Below, piece after piece: positions 38,371 through 47,283 of a stretch of 64,000 nt of DNA (position 1 is its first letter; every line of letters starts with the position of its first letter). The position numbers were made by a program, and so were the translations under genes. Location of the stretch: the IMG/VR virus record IMGVR_UViG_3300041402_000314, positions 140,150 through 204,149 of that record. The stretch is one strand, 5' to 3'. The notes below the pieces were generated by a model. It made no database searches. It saw only the letters and a program-made list of their open reading frames with translations, and was not told the DNA's origin.

Positions 38371-38874
38371 ATGCTTAAAAAATCAAATGTAGAAATAGTA
38401 TATCAAATTGAAAGATATACACCAGATATCAAAACAAAGACCGTTAATGTAGAGATAGCAACGGGTACTATTTTAGATGGTATTTTCGTGTCAGATAACA
38501 GAGGACTAACTTTTCTTTCAATATCTAATATCCCCGATAAAACTATACAAAAATCAGAATCTTTGATTGTTGATGTAAATGGTCAAGTAACCCTATCAGA
38601 AACGCCAATCGATAATAATGACATAGAAGTCGGTGGAGTAGCACAAGAACCCATTACAGGCCAATTAGTAACTTGTTCTGGTTATGTAGAAAATGATATT
38701 GTGGCTGTTAGTTATTACCATATTGTGGCAGGTAGAAATTGGTTTAATGAAGCAGCTAATTTTGTTAAAGAAGATAATCCTGAATACGCAGGATTAGATG
38801 ATTATCAATATAACGCTAAAAGATTATGGTCTATACTTATTGAAATGGGATTAATATCAGGAGCGATTGTATAA
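38371..38874 (+). CDS. putative virion structural protein
   Basis: beta-rich late ORF. Confidence 0.6.
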   Translation: MLKKSNVEIVYQIERYTPDIKTKTVNVEIATGTILDGIFVSDNRGLTFLSISNIPDKTIQKSESLIVDVNGQVTLSETPIDNNDIEVGGVAQEPITGQLVTCSGYVENDIVAVSYYHIVAGRNWFNEAANFVKEDNPEYAGLDDYQYNAKRLWSILIEMGLISGAIV

Positions 38875-39516
38875 ATGGCAATAACTTACGCCACATGGAA
38901 TCCTGCTGATAAAGGACCGAGGATAGGTACTAGCGGGGGTGATCTTACTGCATATAAAACTGCAACTGTCCCATGGAACGCAATCAGGGCGACACAAGGG
39001 AAGTCTTCAGGAAAATGGTATTTTGAGGTAACATTAGGGGCAGGGGCTTTAGATGATGTAGTTTTGGGATTTGGGACTATTGATTCATACCTTGGTGATG
39101 CTGCTGCCATCCATGGCCTTCCGGGTTTTGATACTTCTCCTGATTATAGTTGGGGATGGTTTGCTGGAGATGGTAAGCAAAGATATTATAATAGAGTTAC
39201 CGGAGCATTAATATTTACTGCTGTAGGTAGTGATATTATTCGTTTAAAAGTTGATTTAGATAGTGGGTATGCTTATATAGCAAAAAATGGAGGAGCGTTT
39301 AGCGCAACAACACTTAACAATACGAGCATGGCAGGATTAGATATATACCCTATGGCTGGATTATATACCCAGAACCACTATTGTATCGCTAATTTCGGGG
39401 CATCATCTTTTACCTATTCTGTCCCTGATGGATATAATTCAGGATGGTATGAAGGCGAAGAACCTGCTGGAAATAGGCGAAGAAAAGTAATACAAACAAG
39501 ACAATTAGGAAATTAA
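38875..39516 (+). CDS. SPRY/concanavalin-like domain virion protein
   Basis: TWNP.DK, SSGKWYFEV, GD.I...DLD.G, ANFGAS.F.YSVP.GY. Confidence 0.85.
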   Translation: MAITYATWNPADKGPRIGTSGGDLTAYKTATVPWNAIRATQGKSSGKWYFEVTLGAGALDDVVLGFGTIDSYLGDAAAIHGLPGFDTSPDYSWGWFAGDGKQRYYNRVTGALIFTAVGSDIIRLKVDLDSGYAYIAKNGGAFSATTLNNTSMAGLDIYPMAGLYTQNHYCIANFGASSFTYSVPDGYNSGWYEGEEPAGNRRRKVIQTRQLGN

Positions 39517-39517
39517 T

Positions 39518-40027
39518 ATGTGGAAATTACAAGCAACCGCAACAATAAATCTAAAAATTCCATTAATTAATAGTGATGGTACACAAGCTATAGGGGAGAC
39601 TTCTGGCCTATTCACTAAAATTATAGCTCCAGACGGAAGCGTTATAAGCGGATACACAGAAGCAACTTTTAGTGAGCCGAATAGCGATGGTGTATATAAT
39701 GTGTCTTTTCCTTCTAATGCTCCTACGAAAGCGTTTTTACTTGAAGATCAAGCCAATCCATATAGTGTAACTCTCGATAGTTCAACCGCAGATGTTGAAT
39801 CTATGACTATTAATGTATGGATAACCTCTGTATATCCTTGGGAAACATCTTTAGAATCTACACTAGAAAGTATTAGTGGAGATATCCAAGATATAGAATT
39901 TGATACTACTGGTTTAGCCTTAGAATCTACCTTAGAATCTGTCAGTGGTGATATAAATAGTATTAAGGGTACAGGTTATGATGAAAATATACACAGTCTT
40001 AAAGAAATTAAAAATAGAATAGGATAA
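39518..40027 (+). CDS. putative virion structural protein
   Basis: GVY motif; duplicated LESTLES(I/V)SGDI. Confidence 0.6.
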   Translation: MWKLQATATINLKIPLINSDGTQAIGETSGLFTKIIAPDGSVISGYTEATFSEPNSDGVYNVSFPSNAPTKAFLLEDQANPYSVTLDSSTADVESMTINVWITSVYPWETSLESTLESISGDIQDIEFDTTGLALESTLESVSGDINSIKGTGYDENIHSLKEIKNRIG

Positions 40028-40030
40028 TAC

Positions 40031-40588
40031 ATGGCTGGAATAAATATAGTAGATAGTGTAAAAATATTAGGCAATGATGATGCTTCTGAAGCTATCGTAG
40101 ACCAATACAATAAAGCTTTAGCTGTTATTACTACCGAACATGAAAAAATCCATGAAGGAAAGGGATATACAGTTAGTTTAGATTTTATAGTTCCTGAAAA
40201 CGGATTTGTTGATATTTTAATGGTTAATCCTGCTCTAAATTGGCCTCACTTAAGATATTATGCTAGTGAAACAACTGGTGCGCCATGTCAAATATGTTTT
40301 TTTAGAGAGCCAACTGTAAATGATAATGGTTCATTGGCATCTAGTAGAAATAATAATTTTAATTCCGACAATATATCCAATATGCAAGTGTATTCCGCTC
40401 CTGATATTGCTGATGTTGGCGATGAACAAGATTGTGATTATATTGTAGGCGGAAAGTTTGAAGGTGGGTCAGTATCACCAGCAATAAATGAATGGGTATT
40501 AGTTCCTTCAGAAAAATATTTGCTACGATTTGAAAATAAATCAGGAATACCAGTAGACTTAAATATACACCTATTTTATTATGAATAA
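40031..40588 (+). CDS. putative virion structural protein
   Basis: HEKIHEG...EWVL.P..KYL...YE; late operon. Confidence 0.6.
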   Translation: MAGINIVDSVKILGNDDASEAIVDQYNKALAVITTEHEKIHEGKGYTVSLDFIVPENGFVDILMVNPALNWPHLRYYASETTGAPCQICFFREPTVNDNGSLASSRNNNFNSDNISNMQVYSAPDIADVGDEQDCDYIVGGKFEGGSVSPAINEWVLVPSEKYLLRFENKSGIPVDLNIHLFYYE

Positions 40589-40600
40589 AAGGAGAATTAA

Positions 40601-41329
40601 ATGAGAGGTTGGTCAAATATACAAGCTATAGGAGAAAGAGATAGTATAGCTGTAGTTTCTCAAGGTAGTGATTTATGGCATCATCCCACTATAACTTCTA
40701 TAACTACTCCGCCTAGTGGTGGAGAGCAGATGGAAATATACAGCACTGATGATGAAGATAATATTATAGGTACTGGTATCAGACAAATTTATCTTCATTA
40801 TTTAGATTCTGCTGGTGATGCTGCTTATGAAATATTAGATATGGATGGGACTACGCCTGTTGCTACCAGTGCTGATGATATACGATTTATACAAGACATA
40901 CATTCTATATCTAATGGCGATAATGGAGTAGCAGTAGGGAATATATTTATAAGAAGCATAGCCAATCCAACAACAAACATATATGACTTTATAGAATTGG
41001 GTGGAAATATGTCATTAACTATTCAAAAAATGGTTCCTGCTAATAAGACTTTATATATAACTCATTGGCATGGTTCGGCATCTGGAAAAAATTCTGTAGC
41101 TATGAGGCTTAGAAGTACCGATCATCATGGCGAATTATTTGAAAATACATTTATATTTAAAGATACTGTCGCTCTTGAAAACTCGTCTTTTAGTAGAACT
41201 TGGAGCAAAGAAGAATGGGTTCCTATTCCAGAATTCTCTATTGTAAAGATTTCTGTTTGGACTTCTGGAGCTGGAGCAAATGTAGCTGGCGGTTGGAATG
41301 GTGTCTTAATAGATAAAACAAGCACATAA
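40601..41329 (+). CDS. putative virion structural protein
   Basis: D...GTG.R....YLD, GN........VPA.KT.YI. Confidence 0.65.
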   Translation: MRGWSNIQAIGERDSIAVVSQGSDLWHHPTITSITTPPSGGEQMEIYSTDDEDNIIGTGIRQIYLHYLDSAGDAAYEILDMDGTTPVATSADDIRFIQDIHSISNGDNGVAVGNIFIRSIANPTTNIYDFIELGGNMSLTIQKMVPANKTLYITHWHGSASGKNSVAMRLRSTDHHGELFENTFIFKDTVALENSSFSRTWSKEEWVPIPEFSIVKISVWTSGAGANVAGGWNGVLIDKTST

Positions 41330-41341
41330 AGGATATTATAA

Positions 41342-42274
41342 ATGCAATCATATTTTAAACATGGCATGGGTGATGCCTTAACACTATATTTCGAAATCTT
41401 CAGAAATAATGTTGGTCAAACTGGCGAGACACCTACTGTAGCCATCCAGAAAAAATCTAATGATGAATGGCTAAATGATACTCTCGATGGATGGCAAGCA
41501 GAATATAATGATATTGCTTTATCTGAAGCCTCTTCTGCTGATCTACCCGGTATATACAATATTAATATTTCCCATATAGATGCTACTGCCGAAACATACA
41601 ATTGCTATTTCAAAAATACTGGCGATAATGCTGGAAGTGATTTTGAAGCTCATGTATTCACTGGAGCAGTTTATGTTCCTTCAAGTTCTGCATATGCGTC
41701 TGAAACTGTTCTAGGCCACTTGGATGATATCAAACACAAAGATGGTAATAAGACCTTTGACAATACTACAGATTCCTTAGAGGCTATTGTTGATAATGGT
41801 GTGAGTTCTGCCGACTTAGACTTGATCGCTAAAGAGGCTACTCTACTTGGCGTATCTGGAGACATAGAAGATATTAATTCTGGATTATTTGATGTAGGCG
41901 GAGACATAGCCAAAGTTATCGTTCAACCAGTACAAGGTAATTTCGATTATACTAGCATCAAGAATCAGAGAGTTGAGATCAAACGTGGTTCTAGTGCCGA
42001 TATACCTTATTCTCTAAGTCAAAATATCAGTGGTTATGACGTATATTTCGGAGTTAAGAAGGACTTTAGAAGCGATACCTTTGATATCCTAGAGAAAGAC
42101 ATTACGGCATATGTATCAGACTTCGAGACTGGTACAGGAACTATAAACTTAACTGTTGCCGAAACTGACCTAGAAGATGGTGACTACATAGGTGAAATGA
42201 GACTAGAGCAAGGCGATGAAGTAGTTAAGCCTGTCGAATTCAGACTACGAATACTACCGACTATTTTCACATAA
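41342..42274 (+). CDS. virion structural protein with BppU-like C-terminal domain
   Basis: FD.TTDSLEAI; C-terminal RG...., G.I.L...ET.L..G.Y..E. Confidence 0.65.
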   Translation: MQSYFKHGMGDALTLYFEIFRNNVGQTGETPTVAIQKKSNDEWLNDTLDGWQAEYNDIALSEASSADLPGIYNINISHIDATAETYNCYFKNTGDNAGSDFEAHVFTGAVYVPSSSAYASETVLGHLDDIKHKDGNKTFDNTTDSLEAIVDNGVSSADLDLIAKEATLLGVSGDIEDINSGLFDVGGDIAKVIVQPVQGNFDYTSIKNQRVEIKRGSSADIPYSLSQNISGYDVYFGVKKDFRSDTFDILEKDITAYVSDFETGTGTINLTVAETDLEDGDYIGEMRLEQGDEVVKPVEFRLRILPTIFT

Positions 42275-42279
42275 CTACC

Positions 42280-42322
42280 GACTCCTTTGTGATATAAATA
42301 ATTAAAATATCACAAAGGAGTC
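42280..42322 (+). promoter_or_regulatory. RBS-sequestering hairpin containing a late promoter
   Basis: perfect 16-bp inverted repeat GACTCCTTTGTGATAT/ATATCACAAAGGAGTC; TATAAATA 42293-42300; AAGGAG in the 3' arm. Confidence 0.85.
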
Positions 42323-42324
42323 TT

Positions 42325-43080
42325 ATGTCTGATCAAAGAGTTTCCATTATTATCCCGAATAAAAATAGTTATGAAATGTTAAAGGATTGCATTGATTCTA
42401 TTTTCCTTACCACCTCTTATCCCAACTACGAGATAGTCATTGTAGAAAATGGGTCAACAGAGGAAGATATATTTGAGTATTATGAAATCTTGAAAAAGAA
42501 TCATAGTAATCTCAGAGTATTCACCTATAAAGAACCTTTCAATTTTTCCGCTATAAACAATTTTGCTGTCCGACAAACAAACAGTGAATTCCTGTTATTT
42601 CTCAATAATGATACCAAAATAATCAATGAAGATTGGCTAATCGCTATGGTTCGCATTCTTAAGAATAAAAAGAATGGCGTAGCTGGTGCTACTCTCCTTT
42701 ACGATGATGATACTGTCCAACATGCAGGAATAGCAACAGACCCTAAATGGATAGCATACCACATCAACCATAAAATTACAAGAGAAAACATTCCGACTAA
42801 ATCAATGACGGTTGATGCTGTTACTGGCGCATGTTTATTAACTACAACCGATATATTCAATAAGGTGGGTGGCTTCGATGAGAACCTTCCTATTGCATAT
42901 AATGATGTCGATTTCTGTCTAAAGGTAAGAGATAGAGGCTACAAGATTAAATGGACTCCGAATTCTCTACTATATCATTACGAATCTAAGACAAGAGGAT
43001 TGGATGACGGAACAGAGAAGAGAGCTAGACTTAAACGTGAATCTGAATACATGAGGTCAAAATGGAAGACAAAACTTTAG
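42325..43080 (+). CDS. GT2 glycosyltransferase
   Basis: VSIIIP, VENGS, FNFSAINN, FLNND, AVTGACL, GGFDE, DVDFC, HYESKTRG. Confidence 0.92.
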   Translation: MSDQRVSIIIPNKNSYEMLKDCIDSIFLTTSYPNYEIVIVENGSTEEDIFEYYEILKKNHSNLRVFTYKEPFNFSAINNFAVRQTNSEFLLFLNNDTKIINEDWLIAMVRILKNKKNGVAGATLLYDDDTVQHAGIATDPKWIAYHINHKITRENIPTKSMTVDAVTGACLLTTTDIFNKVGGFDENLPIAYNDVDFCLKVRDRGYKIKWTPNSLLYHYESKTRGLDDGTEKRARLKRESEYMRSKWKTKL

Positions 43081-43847
43081 TCAATTTAGTAATAGTCACA
43101 TTTAATCGTTGGGAATATACCGAACAGTGTATACCGAGTATAAGAGAAACCGCTTCTGATAATATTCCATACATAATAACCGTTGTCGATAATGGCTCGA
43201 CTGATGGGACTCCAGACAAATTAAAGGAAATGTATAATGCTGGTCTCATAGATCATCTTATATTACTCAAAGAGAATATCGGTATCTCTAAGGCTCAAAA
43301 TCTAGGGTGGAAATGTCATGAAGAAGTTCCTTTCTATGCTAAGATAGATAATGATATTATATTCAATAAAAATGGCTGGTTAAATGGCATTATAAATACT
43401 TTTGAGAAGACCACCAATATCGGTGCTTTAGGTTATCAATGCTCTGATGACGGTGCTGAATACCCTGCTGTTATAGATAACGGAGTCGAGTATAGAGTTA
43501 AGAATGGCAATATTGGCGGAGCCTGTTTCTTCGTACCGAAACATATCAATGAGGAACTAGGATATTGGTGTGAGGAATATGGCAAGTATGGTGAAGAGGA
43601 TGCCGACTATGGGATGCGTATTACCGTCTCAGGCCACTTAAATTGTTATATGATGGATAGGTCTACCATTACCCATTTACCAGACGAGAAAGGCGATTAT
43701 AGGTCTTTCAAGGATAATGAGAGAGAAGAGAACTTGAAGGGAAATTTCTGGAATCTGATCAAGGAATATAGAGCTGGAAAAAGACCTTTGAAAATAGAGA
43801 CAAATATTTTAGATGAAGCTGATATCGAAGGAGAATATATAAGATGA
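43062..43847 (+). CDS. GT2 glycosyltransferase
   Basis: IVTFNR, VVDNGSTDGT, N.G...A.N, IDND, G.EDAD. Confidence 0.9.
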   Translation: MEDKTLVNLVIVTFNRWEYTEQCIPSIRETASDNIPYIITVVDNGSTDGTPDKLKEMYNAGLIDHLILLKENIGISKAQNLGWKCHEEVPFYAKIDNDIIFNKNGWLNGIINTFEKTTNIGALGYQCSDDGAEYPAVIDNGVEYRVKNGNIGGACFFVPKHINEELGYWCEEYGKYGEEDADYGMRITVSGHLNCYMMDRSTITHLPDEKGDYRSFKDNEREENLKGNFWNLIKEYRAGKRPLKIETNILDEADIEGEYIR

Positions 43848-44281
43848 AAATACCTGAATTGATAGACGAATATTTTGAAATTCTTGATAGATTGATTGAA
43901 ATTAATAAATTAAGAAGAGAGGAAATCCATGTTAACATAAAAAATATGATAGGTTCCCAATATTACATTGATGAATACTGTACAATTAAATGTGATATTG
44001 GGAGACAAACTGGAAAGTCTGAATATGTTAGGAGAAGAGGTAATAAAAATACATTAGTAATTGTAACTAAGTCCGCATATAAGGCACATTATAAAGATTT
44101 TGAGGGAACGGTAATGTCACCAATAGAGATTATGAACGGTAAGATACGTGGAATTGAAAGATTCGAAACCATATTTATAGAGGAACCTTCTTTTACTCTT
44201 AAGAATGTTTCTAAAGATCAATTATATAATGAGTTGGTGGATAATACGAAAGAACAAACCTTTATTATATTAGGAATGTAA
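43844..44281 (+). CDS. small protein with terminase-ATPase-like Walker motifs
   Basis: GRQTGKS and RG...TIFIEE in only 145 aa. Confidence 0.65.
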   Translation: MKIPELIDEYFEILDRLIEINKLRREEIHVNIKNMIGSQYYIDEYCTIKCDIGRQTGKSEYVRRRGNKNTLVIVTKSAYKAHYKDFEGTVMSPIEIMNGKIRGIERFETIFIEEPSFTLKNVSKDQLYNELVDNTKEQTFIILGM

Positions 44282-44282
44282 G

Positions 44283-44660
44283 ATGAAGAAAGAATATGCT
44301 CATGAAATTGATATGACTCACCTAGTACCACCATATAAGGCAAAAGAAAGCGATCTTATTTTTAATAATAGACCTACTCAGGAAGATGTTATTAAAGCTG
44401 AAAGGGATGATAAACTTATTATTATATTATTAGAAGTTCCTGAATTGACTTGTGATGAGCTGATTGCGTTTACAAAGGGATATCTAAATTGTTTAGGAAT
44501 TGAAGAATCTAGCCTTAACATACAAACATATGTGGTATCTGAAATAATAGATTATGATGGTTGGAAAGAGAGTTTTCTTAAAAATTATTTACTGATTAAC
44601 GAAATGCATGAGCCTTGGTTTGCTCCTGCTGGATTTAATAGAGGTATGATAAAAAAATGA
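44283..44660 (+). CDS. small protein ending in a tail-sheath signature motif
   Basis: PWFAPAGFNRG at the C-terminus. Confidence 0.65.
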   Translation: MKKEYAHEIDMTHLVPPYKAKESDLIFNNRPTQEDVIKAERDDKLIIILLEVPELTCDELIAFTKGYLNCLGIEESSLNIQTYVVSEIIDYDGWKESFLKNYLLINEMHEPWFAPAGFNRGMIKK

Positions 44661-44696
44661 AAATTGGACTTGTAGATTAAGGCGACAAACTAACGA

Positions 44697-44704
44697 TATA
44701 AATA
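44697..44704 (+). promoter_or_regulatory. T4-type late promoter
   Basis: TATAAATA upstream of the methyltransferase/GT operon. Confidence 0.75.
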
Positions 44705-44736
44705 CTTAAAATAATAGCTTATAGGAGAAAGAAAAA

Positions 44737-45294
44737 ATGGAATACGAATTAGGTGAACCAGCTAAAATTATATTGAAGGAACTGACTGATAGAGGACATT
44801 TAGATAAAGATAATTTACCTAAAATATGGATAGAAACAGGTACGTATAAAGGTCATAGTACAAAAAGTTTCGCAGAAGTATTTGACCATGTTTATACTAT
44901 TGAAATCAAACCAGAATTAACCGAAGAGGCTAAAGAATATTGTAAAGACTTTGATAACATTACATATTTGAATGGTCCTTCTCCCACAGTATTGAATGAG
45001 CTATTACCTACCTTAAAAGAAACTTATGCTATATTCTTAGATGCTCATCATAGTGGTGGTGATACTGGTCTTGATGAGAAATACGGAGCGCATGGAACGC
45101 CTCTTGAAGAGGAACTAGCCATTATAGGGAAATACAGTAAAGACGGTCTTATCGTAATCGATGATTGTGTAGACCTTGGCTCTTATAATTACCCAACTCC
45201 TCAAAAATTAGAAACTGTTATGAAGGGTATTAATGGTAACTATAAGGTGGAGTTCATGGAAATACTTAGACGTATAGGCGTATGCTACACGTAA
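44737..45294 (+). CDS. class I SAM-dependent methyltransferase
   Basis: IETGTYKG, VYTIE, FLDAH.SGG.T, PL.EEL, VIDD. Confidence 0.85.
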   Translation: MEYELGEPAKIILKELTDRGHLDKDNLPKIWIETGTYKGHSTKSFAEVFDHVYTIEIKPELTEEAKEYCKDFDNITYLNGPSPTVLNELLPTLKETYAIFLDAHHSGGDTGLDEKYGAHGTPLEEELAIIGKYSKDGLIVIDDCVDLGSYNYPTPQKLETVMKGINGNYKVEFMEILRRIGVCYT

Positions 45295-45312
45295 GATAAA
45301 ATCTTAGGAGAA

Positions 45313-46047
45313 TTGAAAATGAAATTAGCTTTATTGTGTCCGACAAGAGAAAGAGTAGGGAGTGTTAGAAGATTAGTCGATTCTATTTTAGCGACAACTA
45401 CCGATACCAACAACATAATTCTTTATCTAGGAATAGATGATGACGACCCTACTAAAGGGGAAGTGGAAGAAATGGTTTCAGAATATTCTTTTGTTAAAGT
45501 AATCACTGTTCCTAGTGACGGCACAGGAGAATTCATAGGGTTGGGAAAAATATGGAATCATATGGTAACAGAAGTACCCGATGAAATATTTGCTATGATA
45601 GGCGATGATATGGTTTTCGAAACCAAAAATTGGGATGTCGAGATACTAGGGGAATTTGAAAGAAGTGCAGATAAGATAATTCTCGTCCATTGTAATGACG
45701 GTATGAGAGGTATCAATGAGCCTTTGGCTGTCAATTCGTTTATATCCAGAATATATTATGAAACATTTGGACAATATGTGAGAGAAGAATGGAAACATGA
45801 GTATCATGATACATGGTTACATGATGTTTTCACTAGGTTAGGAAGAAGAATCTATAGACATGATATAGTTTTATTCCATCACCATCCATGCAATCCAAAT
45901 TCAGAGGCAGTTGGTGATAAAACCACCGAAAGATTGGATTCTTCAAGAACTCATAATAATGATGCGAACCCACATAAATCGTTCGAAGACTTAATTCCAT
46001 TAAGAGTAGCAGAAGTGGCTAAATTACAGGAGATTATCAATGGTTAA
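45313..46047 (+). CDS. GT-A fold glycosyltransferase
   Basis: PTR.R, IDDDD, GDD..F....WD, D.W. Confidence 0.8.
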   Translation: MKMKLALLCPTRERVGSVRRLVDSILATTTDTNNIILYLGIDDDDPTKGEVEEMVSEYSFVKVITVPSDGTGEFIGLGKIWNHMVTEVPDEIFAMIGDDMVFETKNWDVEILGEFERSADKIILVHCNDGMRGINEPLAVNSFISRIYYETFGQYVREEWKHEYHDTWLHDVFTRLGRRIYRHDIVLFHHHPCNPNSEAVGDKTTERLDSSRTHNNDANPHKSFEDLIPLRVAEVAKLQEIING

Positions 46048-46606
46048 ATTATCCTTATTAATATGTACATTGGAAAATCGAAAAGACTTTCTAGCTAAAT
46101 TAATGGCTTGTATTGATAAGCAAAAGACAGATGAAGTGGAGGTGCTATTTTCTCTTGATAATGGGGATAAGACAACAGGGCAGAAAAGAAACGAATTGTT
46201 AGAGCAAGCTCAAGGCGAATATACGGCTTTCTTGGACGATGATGATATGATATCAGATGACTATGTTTCGTTAGTCTTGGATGCTATCAATAAAAGCAAT
46301 CCTGATGTAATAGGTATGCATCTCTTAATGACCGTAGATGGTGAGAACGAAGAACGTACATATCATGCCCTGAAGTATGATCATTGGTGGGATGAACCAG
46401 ACCCAGAAAGACCGGGTAGAACCAGATATTTTAGAAATCCAAATCATCTCAATCCAGTAAAAAAAGAATTAGCTTTAAAAACAAAATTCATAGATACTGA
46501 TTGGGGCGAAGACCTTGAATATAGTAAAGGATTGCTCCAGTATCTCAAAACCGAAGAATATATCGAATCTCCGATATACTACTATCTCTGTAGGAGCAAT
46601 AAATGA
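46040..46606 (+). CDS. GT2 glycosyltransferase
   Basis: LSLLICT, G.KRN.L...A.GEY..F.DDDD, GED. Confidence 0.88.
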   Translation: MVKLSLLICTLENRKDFLAKLMACIDKQKTDEVEVLFSLDNGDKTTGQKRNELLEQAQGEYTAFLDDDDMISDDYVSLVLDAINKSNPDVIGMHLLMTVDGENEERTYHALKYDHWWDEPDPERPGRTRYFRNPNHLNPVKKELALKTKFIDTDWGEDLEYSKGLLQYLKTEEYIESPIYYYLCRSNK

Positions 46607-47283
46607 ACATAAGAATTGACCAGTCCGCAGGTTTTGGCGATATCTTTTTCTGTCAAAAAATAGGAAGGAGATTGATCGAGCTTGGACATACGGTATATTG
46701 GCCTATTTTTCATGGATATAGTTATGTATCCCAATATATACCTGAATTCCGTTGGTGTGAACCACCAGCGAACGAAGGTTTTGAAAATTTAAACCTCGGA
46801 CAGGCAAGCATTTTAATCGGATGGGATGACCCTAGTGATATCGATGATAAGGTCATGGAATCCAAATACGATTACGCTAATACTCTTTATGATATTGGCG
46901 ACTATTCGGATTGGCCTGATTATCTCAAAATAAACAGATATCACGACAAAGAGAAATTATTATCTGATAAGGTTCTTAAAAATGTTCCCGATGAATTTTG
47001 TGTCATAAATAGACATTTCGCAACTGAATGTTTATTTCTTGAAGAAGAGATAAAATCAGATTTGCCTATAGTAGAGATAAACAAACTACCCGGATTTACC
47101 TTATTTGATTGGTGTGGAGTCTTGGAGAAGGCGACTGAGATTAGGATTCCCGATTCCAGCTTTCCATATCTCGTAGAAATGTTAGATACTACCGATGACC
47201 TTTACATGTATAATCGTACAGGGGAACCCTATATAAGAACTAAAAAGATTTGGAAGAAAAAATGGAGGTTTATGGATTCATGA
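46603..47283 (+). CDS. putative GT-B-type glycosyltransferase
   Basis: Q..GFGDI.F, LFDW..VLE.A.EI...DSS. Confidence 0.6.
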   Translation: MNIRIDQSAGFGDIFFCQKIGRRLIELGHTVYWPIFHGYSYVSQYIPEFRWCEPPANEGFENLNLGQASILIGWDDPSDIDDKVMESKYDYANTLYDIGDYSDWPDYLKINRYHDKEKLLSDKVLKNVPDEFCVINRHFATECLFLEEEIKSDLPIVEINKLPGFTLFDWCGVLEKATEIRIPDSSFPYLVEMLDTTDDLYMYNRTGEPYIRTKKIWKKKWRFMDS

